A stretch of DNA of 64,000 nt from a virus: the IMG/VR virus record IMGVR_UViG_3300033990_000306, positions 1-64,000 of that record; one strand, given 5' to 3'. The notes under the pieces were generated by a model, which worked only from the letters and a program-made list of their open reading frames with translations, searched no databases and was not told the origin of the DNA. Shown here in pieces: positions 36,561 to 47,400 of this stretch (positions are counted from its first letter, which is position 1; each line of letters starts with the position of its first letter). The position numbers and the translations under genes were made by a program.

Positions 36561-38852
36561 ATGATAACCGAAGTAATTAAGAGAAATGGTAAGACTGTTA
36601 AGTATGATATAAAGAAAATTACTAAGGCAATATACAAAGCTATGATTGCTAGTAATTTGAGTAATATGAGTGAGGCTAAGAAATATGCCGAAGAAGTTGA
36701 GAAGAGACTGGGAGAGGTCTCCATAATAGGAGTAGAGAAATTACAGGATGTAGTTGTTGAAGTGTTAAGAGAACATAATATTCTTTTGGCGAACATTTAT
36801 TCCAGCTATAGAGAGGAGAGGAGTTTAGCAAGGAGAGTTGTTGAGAGAATGAATATAGTTGACGAGCTTAAGTTGCCCAAGAATAGTCTAGAAATTTTAG
36901 AGAGTAGGTATTTGCTGAGAGATAAAAATGGAAATATTATTGAAACTCCAAAAGAGTTGTTTGAAAGAGTTGGGAAAGCAATAGGAGTTATTGAGTTGTG
37001 TTATGATTATATTAGTTTTAAGAAAGAGCTTGGAAATGGGTTGAGGTATTTTGGAGAATTGAATATAGCTAAAGCCGAAAAGGTTTTGAATAATATAATA
37101 GCAGAAGCTCCACCCAGAGATAAAAATCCTTTGACATTCAGGGAGTATGTTTCTAAGTATGGTGGGAATGCTATTTCTTATTCTAAAAAGTTTATTGACT
37201 TTATGAGTAAGTTAAAGTTTCTGCCAAATACTCCTACACTTATGAATGCTGGACTTCCTAACGCCCAATTATCAGCTTGTTATTTGTTGGGCATAGAAGA
37301 CAATATGGAGAGTATATTTGACATAGTTAAGGAGACAGCTTTAATACATAAAACAGGTGGAGGTACAGGTTTTAATTTTAGTAACTTGAGACCTCAGAAT
37401 GATTTTGTTAGGAGTACTCAGGGAGTAGCTAGTGGTCCAATAAGTTTTATGAAAATATTTGATGCTGTAACAGAAGAAATAAAACAGGGAGGTAAAAGAA
37501 GAGGGGCTAATATGGGAATGCTCAGATATGACCATCCCGATATTCTTAAGTTTGTTACATTAAAGGACAGTGAAAATACAATACTGAGAAATTTTAATGT
37601 TAGTGTTATTGTAGACGAAGAGTTTTTTACAGCATTGAGAAATGACGGAGAAATAAAATTAAGGAATCCTCATTCTGTTGAGGTTGGGGAAATTGCTGGG
37701 AAAATAAGTGCAAAGAAGTTGTTTAAAGAAATAGCTTATAATGCTTGGAAGTCGGGAGACCCCGGTCTATTTTTTGTTGATACAGCCAATAGAGATAATT
37801 ATTTGGAGGGGTATGGTGATATAGAGGGTACTAATCCTTGTGGTGAAGTTCCTATGCATCCTTTTGAGTCTTGTAACTTGGGAAGTATTAATTTATCTAA
37901 ATTTGTTGATGAGAATGGAAGGTTTAAGGAAGAGGAGTTTAGAAGTGTAGTGAGGCTAGCAGTTAGATTTCTTGATGATGTTATTGATGCAAATGAAATG
38001 GGTATAGAGAACGTAAGAAGAATGAATAGAATTGGAAGAAAAATAGGACTTGGAGTAATGGGATTTGCAGATATGTTAGTCCTTATGAAAATTAAATATG
38101 ATTCTCTTGAGGCATTAAATATGGGAGAATACGTAATGAAGACATTGCACGAAGAGTCTTACAAAATGTCAGAAGCATTAGCCATAGAGAAGTATCCTTT
38201 TCCGAATAGTACAGAAAAAATTACAACAGCAAAAGGAAACAAGTATACTGCTGGTAAAATAGAAATTCCTAGAAGAAATTCTACAGTTCAGAGTATAGCT
38301 CCTACTGGGACTATAAGTATAATAGCAGACTGTTCTTCTAGTATAGAGCCTTATTTTGCTTTAGCTTATAAGAGAGATTATGACGCTATGGGAGTAAATG
38401 GTGGGCTTCATACTCTTGTGGAGAAGAATAAGTATTTAGAGAGGGAGTTGAGAGAGAGAGGAATATATAGTGAGAGTTTAATTAATAGAATAGCAGAGAG
38501 TGGAAACCTTAGTAATATAAAAGAAATTCCAGAAGACTTGAGAGAGTTGTATGTTACTGCTCACGAAATTTCTCCAGAGTGGCATATAATGATGCAGGCA
38601 GTATTTCAGAATTATTGTGATAGTGGGGTTAGTAAGACTATTAATATGCCTAACTCAGCTACGGTAGAGGACGTTGAAAAGGCTTATCTTATGGCTAGGG
38701 AATTAAATTGTAAGGGTATAACAATATTCAGAGATGGAAGTAAGAGTACTCAGGTTTTAAAGACTCTAAAGAAAGAAGTTAATTTAGAGTTGCCTTTGGA
38801 AATTCCATTAGACCCTAATGTAACTTGCGCTCACGGAACTTGTGAGCTTTAA
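36561..38852 (+). CDS. nrdJ: class II (B12-dependent) ribonucleotide reductase with ATP cone
   Basis: VIKRNG ATP cone, PNTPTLMNAG, LSACY, TNPCGE, IAPTGTIS, SKTINMP, C-terminal Cys pair; no beta-subunit gene. Confidence 0.92.
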   Translation: MITEVIKRNGKTVKYDIKKITKAIYKAMIASNLSNMSEAKKYAEEVEKRLGEVSIIGVEKLQDVVVEVLREHNILLANIYSSYREERSLARRVVERMNIVDELKLPKNSLEILESRYLLRDKNGNIIETPKELFERVGKAIGVIELCYDYISFKKELGNGLRYFGELNIAKAEKVLNNIIAEAPPRDKNPLTFREYVSKYGGNAISYSKKFIDFMSKLKFLPNTPTLMNAGLPNAQLSACYLLGIEDNMESIFDIVKETALIHKTGGGTGFNFSNLRPQNDFVRSTQGVASGPISFMKIFDAVTEEIKQGGKRRGANMGMLRYDHPDILKFVTLKDSENTILRNFNVSVIVDEEFFTALRNDGEIKLRNPHSVEVGEIAGKISAKKLFKEIAYNAWKSGDPGLFFVDTANRDNYLEGYGDIEGTNPCGEVPMHPFESCNLGSINLSKFVDENGRFKEEEFRSVVRLAVRFLDDVIDANEMGIENVRRMNRIGRKIGLGVMGFADMLVLMKIKYDSLEALNMGEYVMKTLHEESYKMSEALAIEKYPFPNSTEKITTAKGNKYTAGKIEIPRRNSTVQSIAPTGTISIIADCSSSIEPYFALAYKRDYDAMGVNGGLHTLVEKNKYLERELRERGIYSESLINRIAESGNLSNIKEIPEDLRELYVTAHEISPEWHIMMQAVFQNYCDSGVSKTINMPNSATVEDVEKAYLMARELNCKGITIFRDGSKSTQVLKTLKKEVNLELPLEIPLDPNVTCAHGTCEL

Positions 38853-38890
38853 TTGAATAAGGTTTAAATAGTAGCGTCTAATTATGGAGT

Positions 38891-39304
38891 ATGGTCATAG
38901 ATACAAGCGAAATAAGTACTCTGAATGCACAGGCTAGTTTTCCTAAAGTTTTGATAGGTTCAGGCTCTTTTAGTAAAGGAGCGTCAATATTTTCTACTAC
39001 TTATATAGTGGAAAGTACTGGAAATGTTTTTGTTAAAGCTTTTGAGTATGGTACTGATGTAGCTAGCGGAGATGGTTCTATAAAGATTTCAGCAGTCAGT
39101 TCTTTCAATTCTTCATTCGCTCCTAGTACTACAGTCTCAACGACTTCATTTCTAGGAGGGGCTGGAATAGTATTTGCACCTTTCAACACGCAATATCCTA
39201 TTGATACAGTTCTCACTATAACAGTCTCAGCTTCCGTGAGTACTACTTCAACAGTAGGATACGCCTTCGAGCTTTCTGAGCTTCAGACTGGTATATTCCG
39301 GTAA
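38891..39304 (+). CDS. virion protein (possible capsid decoration)
   Basis: S/T-rich beta protein with own promoter and T-rich terminator. Confidence 0.5.
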   Translation: MVIDTSEISTLNAQASFPKVLIGSGSFSKGASIFSTTYIVESTGNVFVKAFEYGTDVASGDGSIKISAVSSFNSSFAPSTTVSTTSFLGGAGIVFAPFNTQYPIDTVLTITVSASVSTTSTVGYAFELSELQTGIFR

Positions 39305-39384
39305 GTTTAAATTAGAGTTTGTTATTCTTTTTTTATGTCAAAACTAGCATTAGCTATGACTCTAATAAATAGGAGAAAAGAATA

Positions 39385-40092
39385 ATGGGATTTCAATGGA
39401 ACGGTGGAACAACTGCAAATTATTACGTAACAGCAGACGATGTATTAAAGTTTTTAAAAATAGATAATTTGTATACTTCTACTACCCAGTATAATAGCGA
39501 CATAACTTTGCTTAATACTATTATTATACCTTCAAATTGTAGTTATATAGATACTATAACAGGGAGAAGTTGGGGGAAAGTGTTGAGTCAGGTCGAGACC
39601 TATAGTATAAGTAAACCTTCTTACTTGGGTTGGTACTTGGTTGGGGCTCCAGTTTATTTAGAACATTATCCTGTTATTCCTGCTAGTAGTACTCATACTG
39701 CCGTTCAATTAGGAATTTGGAATGGTACTCAATATAGTAATTGGATAGGTACTATGGTTGAGGCTAGGTGGGGTAGTTATTGGTTTGATGATGAGAATGG
39801 AATTTTGTGGATAATAGGGTGGTACTGGTATATGGGTTATGAAGTTAGAATACAATATTATTATGGGTATAATACTAGCCAGACTCCTTATATGGATGGG
39901 CAGATATATAATTTAGCTTTGTATAAAAGTGCTAAGATGTTTCTAGACAATGAGCGTTATACTGCTCAGGTTGCTGAAAATGTTGGGGGTATTGAAATGC
40001 AACGTTTCTACGACTGGATTAGTGATGAAATAAAGAAACTTGAGGATGCGGTTCTTGGTTATAGAATATTGACTAGAAGCTGGATGTCTTGA
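39385..40092 (+). CDS. head-tail adaptor
   Basis: Y.T.DDV..FL, YID.ITGRSW, V.I.Y.YG pattern. Confidence 0.7.
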   Translation: MGFQWNGGTTANYYVTADDVLKFLKIDNLYTSTTQYNSDITLLNTIIIPSNCSYIDTITGRSWGKVLSQVETYSISKPSYLGWYLVGAPVYLEHYPVIPASSTHTAVQLGIWNGTQYSNWIGTMVEARWGSYWFDDENGILWIIGWYWYMGYEVRIQYYYGYNTSQTPYMDGQIYNLALYKSAKMFLDNERYTAQVAENVGGIEMQRFYDWISDEIKKLEDAVLGYRILTRSWMS

Positions 40093-40149
40093 GGTTAGAA
40101 TAACTTTTAGTACTATGTTTTACTACCGTAATTATGACGGAGGAAGACG

Positions 40150-40500
40150 ATGATGCAAGCCGTAGGTGGGCATCTTATAGCAGACTTATATGGAGTGAAT
40201 GCTATTTTTCTGGAGAAAATTCAACCAATAAAGAATATAGTGGAAGAGGCTATAGCTGAGGGTAAGTTAACAAAAATATCTTCTGATTATTTTCAGTTTT
40301 CTCCTGTAGGAGTTAGTGGGATAGTTTTAATTTCGGAGAGTCACGTTAGTTTTCATACCTTTCCAGAGAAGGGTATATTGACATTAGACTTGTATACTTG
40401 CGGGGATGTTATGTATTTGTTTAAGACTTATGAAATTTTAATTGGAATTTTACAGCCGGAGAGTGTTAAAACTACTTTCTTGCAGAGGGGAGAATATTAA
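40150..40500 (+). CDS. speD: S-adenosylmethionine decarboxylase proenzyme
   Basis: G.HLIADLYG, F.P.GVSG, ISESHVSFHTFPE, D.YTCG. Confidence 0.9.
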   Translation: MMQAVGGHLIADLYGVNAIFLEKIQPIKNIVEEAIAEGKLTKISSDYFQFSPVGVSGIVLISESHVSFHTFPEKGILTLDLYTCGDVMYLFKTYEILIGILQPESVKTTFLQRGEY

Positions 40501-40703
40501 TGAGTAGTGAAGAGGTTAAGTTGTTTCATAGAAGAGTTTTGAGGAAGGTTAGAGAGGTTTTGTATAGTATATTAGAAGACGAGTTTGGAGAGAATGTTAG
40601 TTATAATACTAAAGAGACATCTATAGAAATAAGTGGAGTAACAGTGAAAGAGGTTAAGGAAGCTTTAGAAAGACCTTCTTGGAGAAAAAATTTATGGCAC
40701 TAA
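40500..40703 (+). CDS. hypothetical protein
   Basis: ORF coupled to speD. Confidence 0.5.
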   Translation: MSSEEVKLFHRRVLRKVREVLYSILEDEFGENVSYNTKETSIEISGVTVKEVKEALERPSWRKNLWH

Positions 40704-40736
40704 AGTTTATAAGGAAGTAACTAATAAAGGCATAAT

Positions 40737-41681
40737 ATGACGACTCCAACTATTTTTCCAGCAAGTGTATTTCAGGCTTCATTTGGGCAAGAAACTGCAT
40801 TCGGTAGTGGTGCAGGTACTACATTAGGTGTTTTAGGTGTACAAATGTCTATTACTGATTTTAAGCAGGAGAATCAATTTGAAGGTTTATATAGGCTGGG
40901 AAGCAGGGCGGCTCAATTATTTTATAGTAAAGGTTTAGAAGTTTCTGCTTCAGCTAATTTTACTATGGCTACAGACAATAAGAGTTGGCTTAATTTAATG
41001 CTTAACTATGTTTCTAGTACTTCTGGTGATTATTGGACAATACCAGATGAGGTTGGGGAGTTAAAGAGTGCATTTATGGATTTGCAAGATGAAAAGGGTT
41101 ATTATTATATTGCTAAAGGATTTGTTGTTGACACGGCTGATTTATCTTTTAAAGAAGGTGAAACTTGTGATGTTAAACTTTCTCTAAAAGGACAGACCGT
41201 TAATTACCAGAGTAGTACGGCATTGCCTTCTACTTTCCAAGCTGGAGGTACTTTAAGTTATCCTATTGATTTTACTACGTGGGCTAATGTTCAGGTAGTT
41301 TATAACGGAAAATATGGTAGTACTACGTTTAGCGTTCAGCCTATAAAAGAATTAACAATAAACATTAAGAACAATTTGCAATTCTATTATGGACTGGGTT
41401 CAATAGAATATGTAGGGTTTGTACCACAGAAACTAGAAGTTAGTGGAAAGATGGATATATTGCACGATAGTAATTTGATTGAGCATATACTTACTACTTC
41501 GACTACTCAGAGTAGTACTAATTCTTATACTTTAGTTTTGACAATAGGAGGAACGGCAAGTCCTTATATTATAACTATAGAAGGTATGTATTGGAATGAC
41601 GGTAGTATGACATTTACTCCAGTAGACCCGATAGTTGATGAGTTTAATTTTAAGGCTAGAAATATTAAAGTAACAACGTAG
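40737..41681 (+). CDS. major tail tube protein
   Basis: FGQETAFG N-terminus, two-domain beta pattern, position before chaperone and TMP. Confidence 0.8.
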   Translation: MTTPTIFPASVFQASFGQETAFGSGAGTTLGVLGVQMSITDFKQENQFEGLYRLGSRAAQLFYSKGLEVSASANFTMATDNKSWLNLMLNYVSSTSGDYWTIPDEVGELKSAFMDLQDEKGYYYIAKGFVVDTADLSFKEGETCDVKLSLKGQTVNYQSSTALPSTFQAGGTLSYPIDFTTWANVQVVYNGKYGSTTFSVQPIKELTINIKNNLQFYYGLGSIEYVGFVPQKLEVSGKMDILHDSNLIEHILTTSTTQSSTNSYTLVLTIGGTASPYIITIEGMYWNDGSMTFTPVDPIVDEFNFKARNIKVTT

Positions 41682-41692
41682 GAGAGAGGAAT

Positions 41693-42001
41693 ATGAGAGA
41701 GGAAATAATAGAAGTTAACGGAAAGAAAATAACGGCTAAAATAAGAGAAATAACGTATGATGAAATGTCTAGTGTTTTGCAGAGATGCTCAGAGACTAAG
41801 ATGGTTGGTACTGTAGTGAACTCTCAGCTTAATATTTTTAAGTTACAGAGGGAGATTGCGGGGCTAGCAGTAACTCTTAGTGAGGGCAAGGTGGGAGACC
41901 TTCCTGCGAAGATTGGTAGACATTTAGAGGAGATAGCATTGGAGGAGAGTGGGCTAGAAGACTCATCCTTTCGTGAAGCTCTCTCAGACAGTAAAGAATG
42001 A
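41693..42001 (+). CDS. tail assembly chaperone (gpG-like)
   Basis: Position; contains in-frame TCC TTT CGT shift site. Confidence 0.75.
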   Translation: MREEIIEVNGKKITAKIREITYDEMSSVLQRCSETKMVGTVVNSQLNIFKLQREIAGLAVTLSEGKVGDLPAKIGRHLEEIALEESGLEDSSFREALSDSKE

Positions 42002-42143
42002 GTGGGAGTTAGAGTATATTTTTGCTAGAGACCTTCATATAAGTGGAGAGGAGTTTAGGAGTATGCCTTATAGAAAAATTAAGTATTTTATTAAATTGCT
42101 CAAAGACGACAAAGAACTTATGAACAAACAATTTTCGAAATAG
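41970..42143 (+). CDS. +1 frameshift extension of tail assembly chaperone (gpGT-like)
   Basis: +1 frame open: FVKLSQTVKNEWELEYIFARDLHISGEEFRSMPYRKIKYFIKLLK... Confidence 0.7.
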   Translation, partial: FVKLSQTVKNEWELEYIFARDLHISGEEFRSMPYRKIKYFIKLLKDDKELMNKQFSK

Positions 42144-42186
42144 AAATTTTTATATATTTTTTCATAATACACTTTCGGGGATAAAA

Positions 42187-42753
42187 ATGACAGATATATT
42201 GAATGAGTTTGGAAAAGCCGCAGAAGGAATAACTATATTGGCTGTAATACTGTCTTTGTTTGTTGGACTGCCTTTCTTTGTTGTTAGAATGTTTTATAGA
42301 CTAAGCAGGTATTCTTTGAGAATTGGGGCTATACTTGGGTTAATAATGTTAGTTATATTCTGGGAAGTTAGTAATATATTTTTAGCCGCTTCTAATTTGA
42401 CTTGGTTTGGAGATATATTTTATATTTACTTTTTTGGCATATTTATAGGCATTGGTATATCAATTATATATGCTATGGGTCAAAGAGAGAATGGAGATTG
42501 TAATTATTATAGTAAGGTTCCTAGTAATTTTGGAGCAGACTTTCTATATTTTATTTTAGCGGTAGTGCCATTCTTCTTTTATGGAGTAATGACTTTGCTT
42601 AATTATAATTATGTTGGAGTTTGGGCGGCAGTAGACTATGTATTATTAATTTGGGGTATTATAGGAATATTAATAGGAACATTGCTAGAAGTTATTGAAA
42701 TGATAGCTAACTCGGAATATAAGAAGAATTTGCATAAAAGTGTTCCTTCATAA
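42187..42753 (+). CDS. multi-pass membrane protein inserted in tail operon
   Basis: About five TM helices; own TATA near 42149. Confidence 0.6.
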   Translation: MTDILNEFGKAAEGITILAVILSLFVGLPFFVVRMFYRLSRYSLRIGAILGLIMLVIFWEVSNIFLAASNLTWFGDIFYIYFFGIFIGIGISIIYAMGQRENGDCNYYSKVPSNFGADFLYFILAVVPFFFYGVMTLLNYNYVGVWAAVDYVLLIWGIIGILIGTLLEVIEMIANSEYKKNLHKSVPS

Positions 42754-42783
42754 AGTTTATAATAGACTTTATAATAAGCAGTC

Positions 42784-43872
42784 GTGGCAGAAAAGGTTCA
42801 AGTAAAAGTATCTATAGTTACTGATGATAAAGATGTAAACGTATTAAAGTCAAAGCTTTCTAAAGCTCTTAGTGGGGTTATTGGCGATGATATGGTTAAG
42901 GGTGCTTCTCTTATTGGGCAGTCTCTTAAAACTGGAGTTGTTAAGAATTTAGAAAATGTTTATAGTAGAATTAGAAATATTCTTGGGAAAACATTTAATG
43001 TTAAAGTTAGTGGAGAAGTTAAGGAAGCTAAAGTTGGAGTACCTAAACTACCTAAAGAAGAAGAGAAGAAGAAAGGAGAGGAAGCTTCTAAAGGAGGAAA
43101 CAAATTATTAGCAGGGGTAGCTAGTATAGCCGCAGGAATTTTTGGAATTATAACACAACTTAAACCAGTTAGAATAATACTTGATGCTATAGGGAATATG
43201 TTTCAGTTAATATTTTTGCCTATAGGTTTAATTTTAATGGCTTTCTTAGCACCAGTATTAATGGGACTAGCTAGTATTATAAGTAGCAAAACTTTTCAGG
43301 GAATTTTAACTCAGGTTATTAAGTTTGTAACATTTATGTTTACTATTTCTCCGACAATAATTAAAGGAATAGGGGCAGTATTTAAAGAAGTTTTTACTCC
43401 GGCTGTAAATATACTTAGGGCTACTTATGACATCTTTAGGTCTGACATAGTACAAATTATAGGTTATGTAAACGCTTTGAATAGTATAGTACATAATGGT
43501 CTTGGAGAGCTAGGTAATTTTATTTTGAGTTTGCCTGTAAGAATATATAATTATTTTGTGGGGTTGTTTAATGACTTAGTAAAGAATTTTGTTTCTGGTA
43601 TAGTTGGAGTATTTTCTGGGTTTGCTAATAAACTTAATCCTGTCTCGTGGTTTTCTAGTTTGCCTCACTTAGCTAATGGAGGGGCAATAGTTTCTGGAGG
43701 GTTAGCTGTTCTTCATTCGGGAGAAACAGTAGTGCCAGCTAATCAGAGTTTTGGTGGGCATACTTTTAATATAACAATTAATGGAAGTAATAGTATGCAG
43801 TCACCTAAAGATTTTGCTAATCAGGTAATGCTTGAAATAGAAAAGAGAACAGGGAGATTACAAAGATGGTAA
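42784..43872 (+). CDS. short tape measure protein
   Basis: Amphipathic helices; C-terminal PHLANGG.IV..GLAVLHSGE.V typical of TMP ends. Confidence 0.75.
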   Translation: MAEKVQVKVSIVTDDKDVNVLKSKLSKALSGVIGDDMVKGASLIGQSLKTGVVKNLENVYSRIRNILGKTFNVKVSGEVKEAKVGVPKLPKEEEKKKGEEASKGGNKLLAGVASIAAGIFGIITQLKPVRIILDAIGNMFQLIFLPIGLILMAFLAPVLMGLASIISSKTFQGILTQVIKFVTFMFTISPTIIKGIGAVFKEVFTPAVNILRATYDIFRSDIVQIIGYVNALNSIVHNGLGELGNFILSLPVRIYNYFVGLFNDLVKNFVSGIVGVFSGFANKLNPVSWFSSLPHLANGGAIVSGGLAVLHSGETVVPANQSFGGHTFNITINGSNSMQSPKDFANQVMLEIEKRTGRLQRW

Positions 43873-44405
43873 GTGATAGTACAATTCAGAGTTACTTAAT
43901 GAGAATAGATGAAACTTTGCCTACTACTTCACAATTTTATGGTAATGCTAGTTATGACTCTAACGTGGCTATAGGAACAGTAGACCATTACCCTTTCTAT
44001 TCTAATTTGCTTGGGCTTACTACAAAATATACAGCTTCTTATGGTTTAACTCAAATGCCTATACCAACACAAAATACTCCTTTCTTACTAAACTTTACGG
44101 GTCCTTCATTGGCTATTGCATTGAATTGGGAGAGTGTACAAATGTTGGATGTTGCATTTATGTTGGAGTTTTTTACTACGGCTAATCCTTCTGCGAAAAT
44201 AGTATATGATGTTACTAATGTTTGGGGAGCTTCTAGTAGTACTAACAATATAATTACTGAGAAGTATAATTTTAATAACCAGATTTTAGGTAGTGGGTAT
44301 ATGAGGTTTAATGGAGTAGTTAATGAGTTTACTGTAGAGGAAGATGCTGGGGCTATTAAGTGGAGATATAGTATGACCATATTTATTGGAGAGGTTTTGG
44401 GCTAA
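43866..44405 (+). CDS. distal tail protein (Dit-like)
   Basis: Position after TMP; F.G.V..F......W.YSM. Confidence 0.55.
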   Translation: MVSDSTIQSYLMRIDETLPTTSQFYGNASYDSNVAIGTVDHYPFYSNLLGLTTKYTASYGLTQMPIPTQNTPFLLNFTGPSLAIALNWESVQMLDVAFMLEFFTTANPSAKIVYDVTNVWGASSSTNNIITEKYNFNNQILGSGYMRFNGVVNEFTVEEDAGAIKWRYSMTIFIGEVLG

Positions 44406-47400
44406 TGGGAAGAACAACAACACAAGTTAGTTTGGGAGTAGCTGGTGGAGATAACGCAACTATATATGGGTTTATAAATGGAGTTCAAATAAGTAGTTTA
44501 AGTACTGTTACTGGTACTATTGCTACAACTAGAGCTTATTATAGTTCGACTATTTCTCCTCAGAATTTTTCTGTAGAAGTAGAAGTAGATAATACTGGAC
44601 AATATAAGTCAGCTTCTAAGAATGTTTGGGTAATTTCTGGTACTACATTATTGTGGGGAGATAATACAAGTGGTTCAGTTTTTACTGGGTATGGTTGGTT
44701 TTCAGTAGCTTCGACTACTGGTGTTGGGTTTAAGAGTACTTCATATGTTAAGAATGGAAACCCTATGAATGTTGGAAATACATATTGTTTTGCAGTAGAA
44801 AATGTTACTGGAATAGCTCCATTTACTACTACGTGGAATGGAGATAGTTCAATAAAAGGAACTACTTATTGTGTAGTAATAGAACATCCCCAGACTGCGT
44901 ATAATGCTAGTGTAGAAGTAAAAGCTAGTAATGGGACTAATAAGGTGGAGTACAGTCAATCTTATAACCCAGCTACTACTTTGCCATATTCCAACTCTAT
45001 TGGTATAACAGTAAGTGAAAGTACTACTATAGCTATAGTTGGAGCAGATGTAGGTATTAAATTTACTGTAAGTACAGTTCAGGATAATGCATATCCTTAT
45101 GAGTATTTAACTTATTATACAGACCTTAATGGTACTACATTTGTCAGCACTACAGTTATAAGTAATTCTACTGATAATGCTTCTACTACATTTACTATAA
45201 GTCCTACCTCAAGCCCAAACGACAATAGTTTAGGAAGATATGAGCTTAAGTTTGCTTATAAAGATTATTATAGTAATTATAGTACAAGTTCAGTTTATTC
45301 TTTTCAAGTAATAAATATATTTGGGGCGGTATTAACGGTTTCTGATGTTGGAGAATTAGCTAATAGTACTTCTTCGACTAAATGGTATTATTTGTCTCCT
45401 TTGGAAAATCCTTTATTTTTGACTTATATTCAATGGAGACAGAACGCTATAGTGCAAACTAATTTTTCTTATGCTTTTTATACTAATAATATTCCAAGTA
45501 AGTCTATATTAGCTTCTACAGTTGTTCTTTCTTCTACTAGTCCTCCGGTCTTTTCAATACTAGGGGCTAATTATACTGACAGAGTTAACGCTACAACTTA
45601 TGTATTTTCTGTAATGGCAAATAGAATTAGTACTACTCCGAGTTATTCTACTTCAAACTTAATAGGACTATTTTGGAATGACCCACTAACAGTTTCAATT
45701 TCTACTACATTAGTCGAAGGTACGGCTGGGGTTAAACTTAGTACTACTCTTAGAGCTTATGGTTATGGTGGAGGGGTTGCGACAGCTTATGATTATACTT
45801 GGTATAAGAATGGGGTTAGTACTGGGGTTAAAACTTCTACTTATTCAATTAGTACTACTTATAATGTTGGGCAAAATTATGTTTTATTCGCTTTAGTAGA
45901 GTCAGTTGAGACTAAAGAGTCATTGTCTACTTCTCCGGTTAATGTTGTTATTAAGTCTCCAGTTAGTGTTACTATTAGTCCTTCTAGTTTGAGTGGGGGA
46001 ATTGTAGGGAGGCAATATTCTTTTTATGCTAATGTGAGCGGTGGAGTGAGTCCTTATGATTATACTTGGTTTTATTCTTCAACAGCAAATGTAGTTGGGA
46101 GTACACTTAGTTTGAATTTTAGTACTACTATAGCTGGGAGTAATATATTAGGGGTTAGTGTGAAAGACAAAAATGGGTCTGGAGATAAGGTTACTATTAA
46201 TACTTCGTTTTATGATTATCCTACTTCTGTATTAAGTGCCAACAAGAGTATAGTTTTGACTAGTTCTACAGTAACATTTACTGATGTTTCTCAGGGGAGT
46301 TCTAATTTTAATTATGCTTTCTATGTTAATGGTATTGAGAAGAGTAGTGGGAGTGGGGCTAATTTTAGTTTTAGTACTACTGCTACAGGAACATATAACG
46401 TTTATTGTCAGGTAGAAGACTTAGACACTCACGTAGTTCAGGACAGTAATATAATTCAAATACAGGTAGTTCAAGGTATTGGGGCAGAAGTTAAAGTTCA
46501 ATATTCTACTACAGTAGTAACAGTACCTGATGCTTTTATGGTTAATGGAGTATATGGGTTTCCACCATATAGTTATACTTGGTATTACAATACTAGTGAA
46601 AGTACTTCGGGGGCAATATTAATTTCTAGTACTCAGGTAATGAATTTTAGTACTACTGTTGCAGGACTTTATTATGTGTTTGCACACGTGAGTGATTCTG
46701 CTTTACATTCTATTAATAGTTCTTTCGTAGAAATAAAAGAAGTGAATAAGCCTTCAGTTAGTATAAGTGGTCCTACTTTGGGAAATACAAACGTAGTAAT
46801 AACTTGGAGTTCTAATATTGTGGACGGAAGTGGAAATTATTCTTATACTTGGTACTTAGACGGAAAAACAAATATTTCTAACGGAAACTTTACTAGCTCT
46901 ACTTTTAGTACTACATTTACTAGTGACGGTACTTATACTATAAACTTGGAGGTATATGACAAAGGTTACAGGTATACTTTGCCTTTGAGTAACACTATTA
47001 CTTTATTAGTAGCTCCAGTTGCTACATTGACTTTAAATATAAAGGACACTCTTACTATGCATAATTATTTAACAGGAACAAAAACTTCCACTTCAGCTTC
47101 TCCTTCAACAACTTCATTACCTTTTACAGTACTAGTAAACGGTAGAAATGTTCACGCTATGAATATTTCTTCTGAGCGAAATATTGATGTAGCCGGAGAA
47201 TTAGATTTTACTGTAGTTAAAAGGTATATGTATAGTACTACTAATGGAAGTACTACCTTTATGACAGTAGGAAGTCCAGTTCAATTTTACTTATATAACA
47301 ATTTAGTATTTAGTGGAGTAGTTAATAATATTAATATGCAGAGTAATATGCAGTATAAAGTTCAGGCATATGACGGACTATATTATTTAGCTGGTACTAG

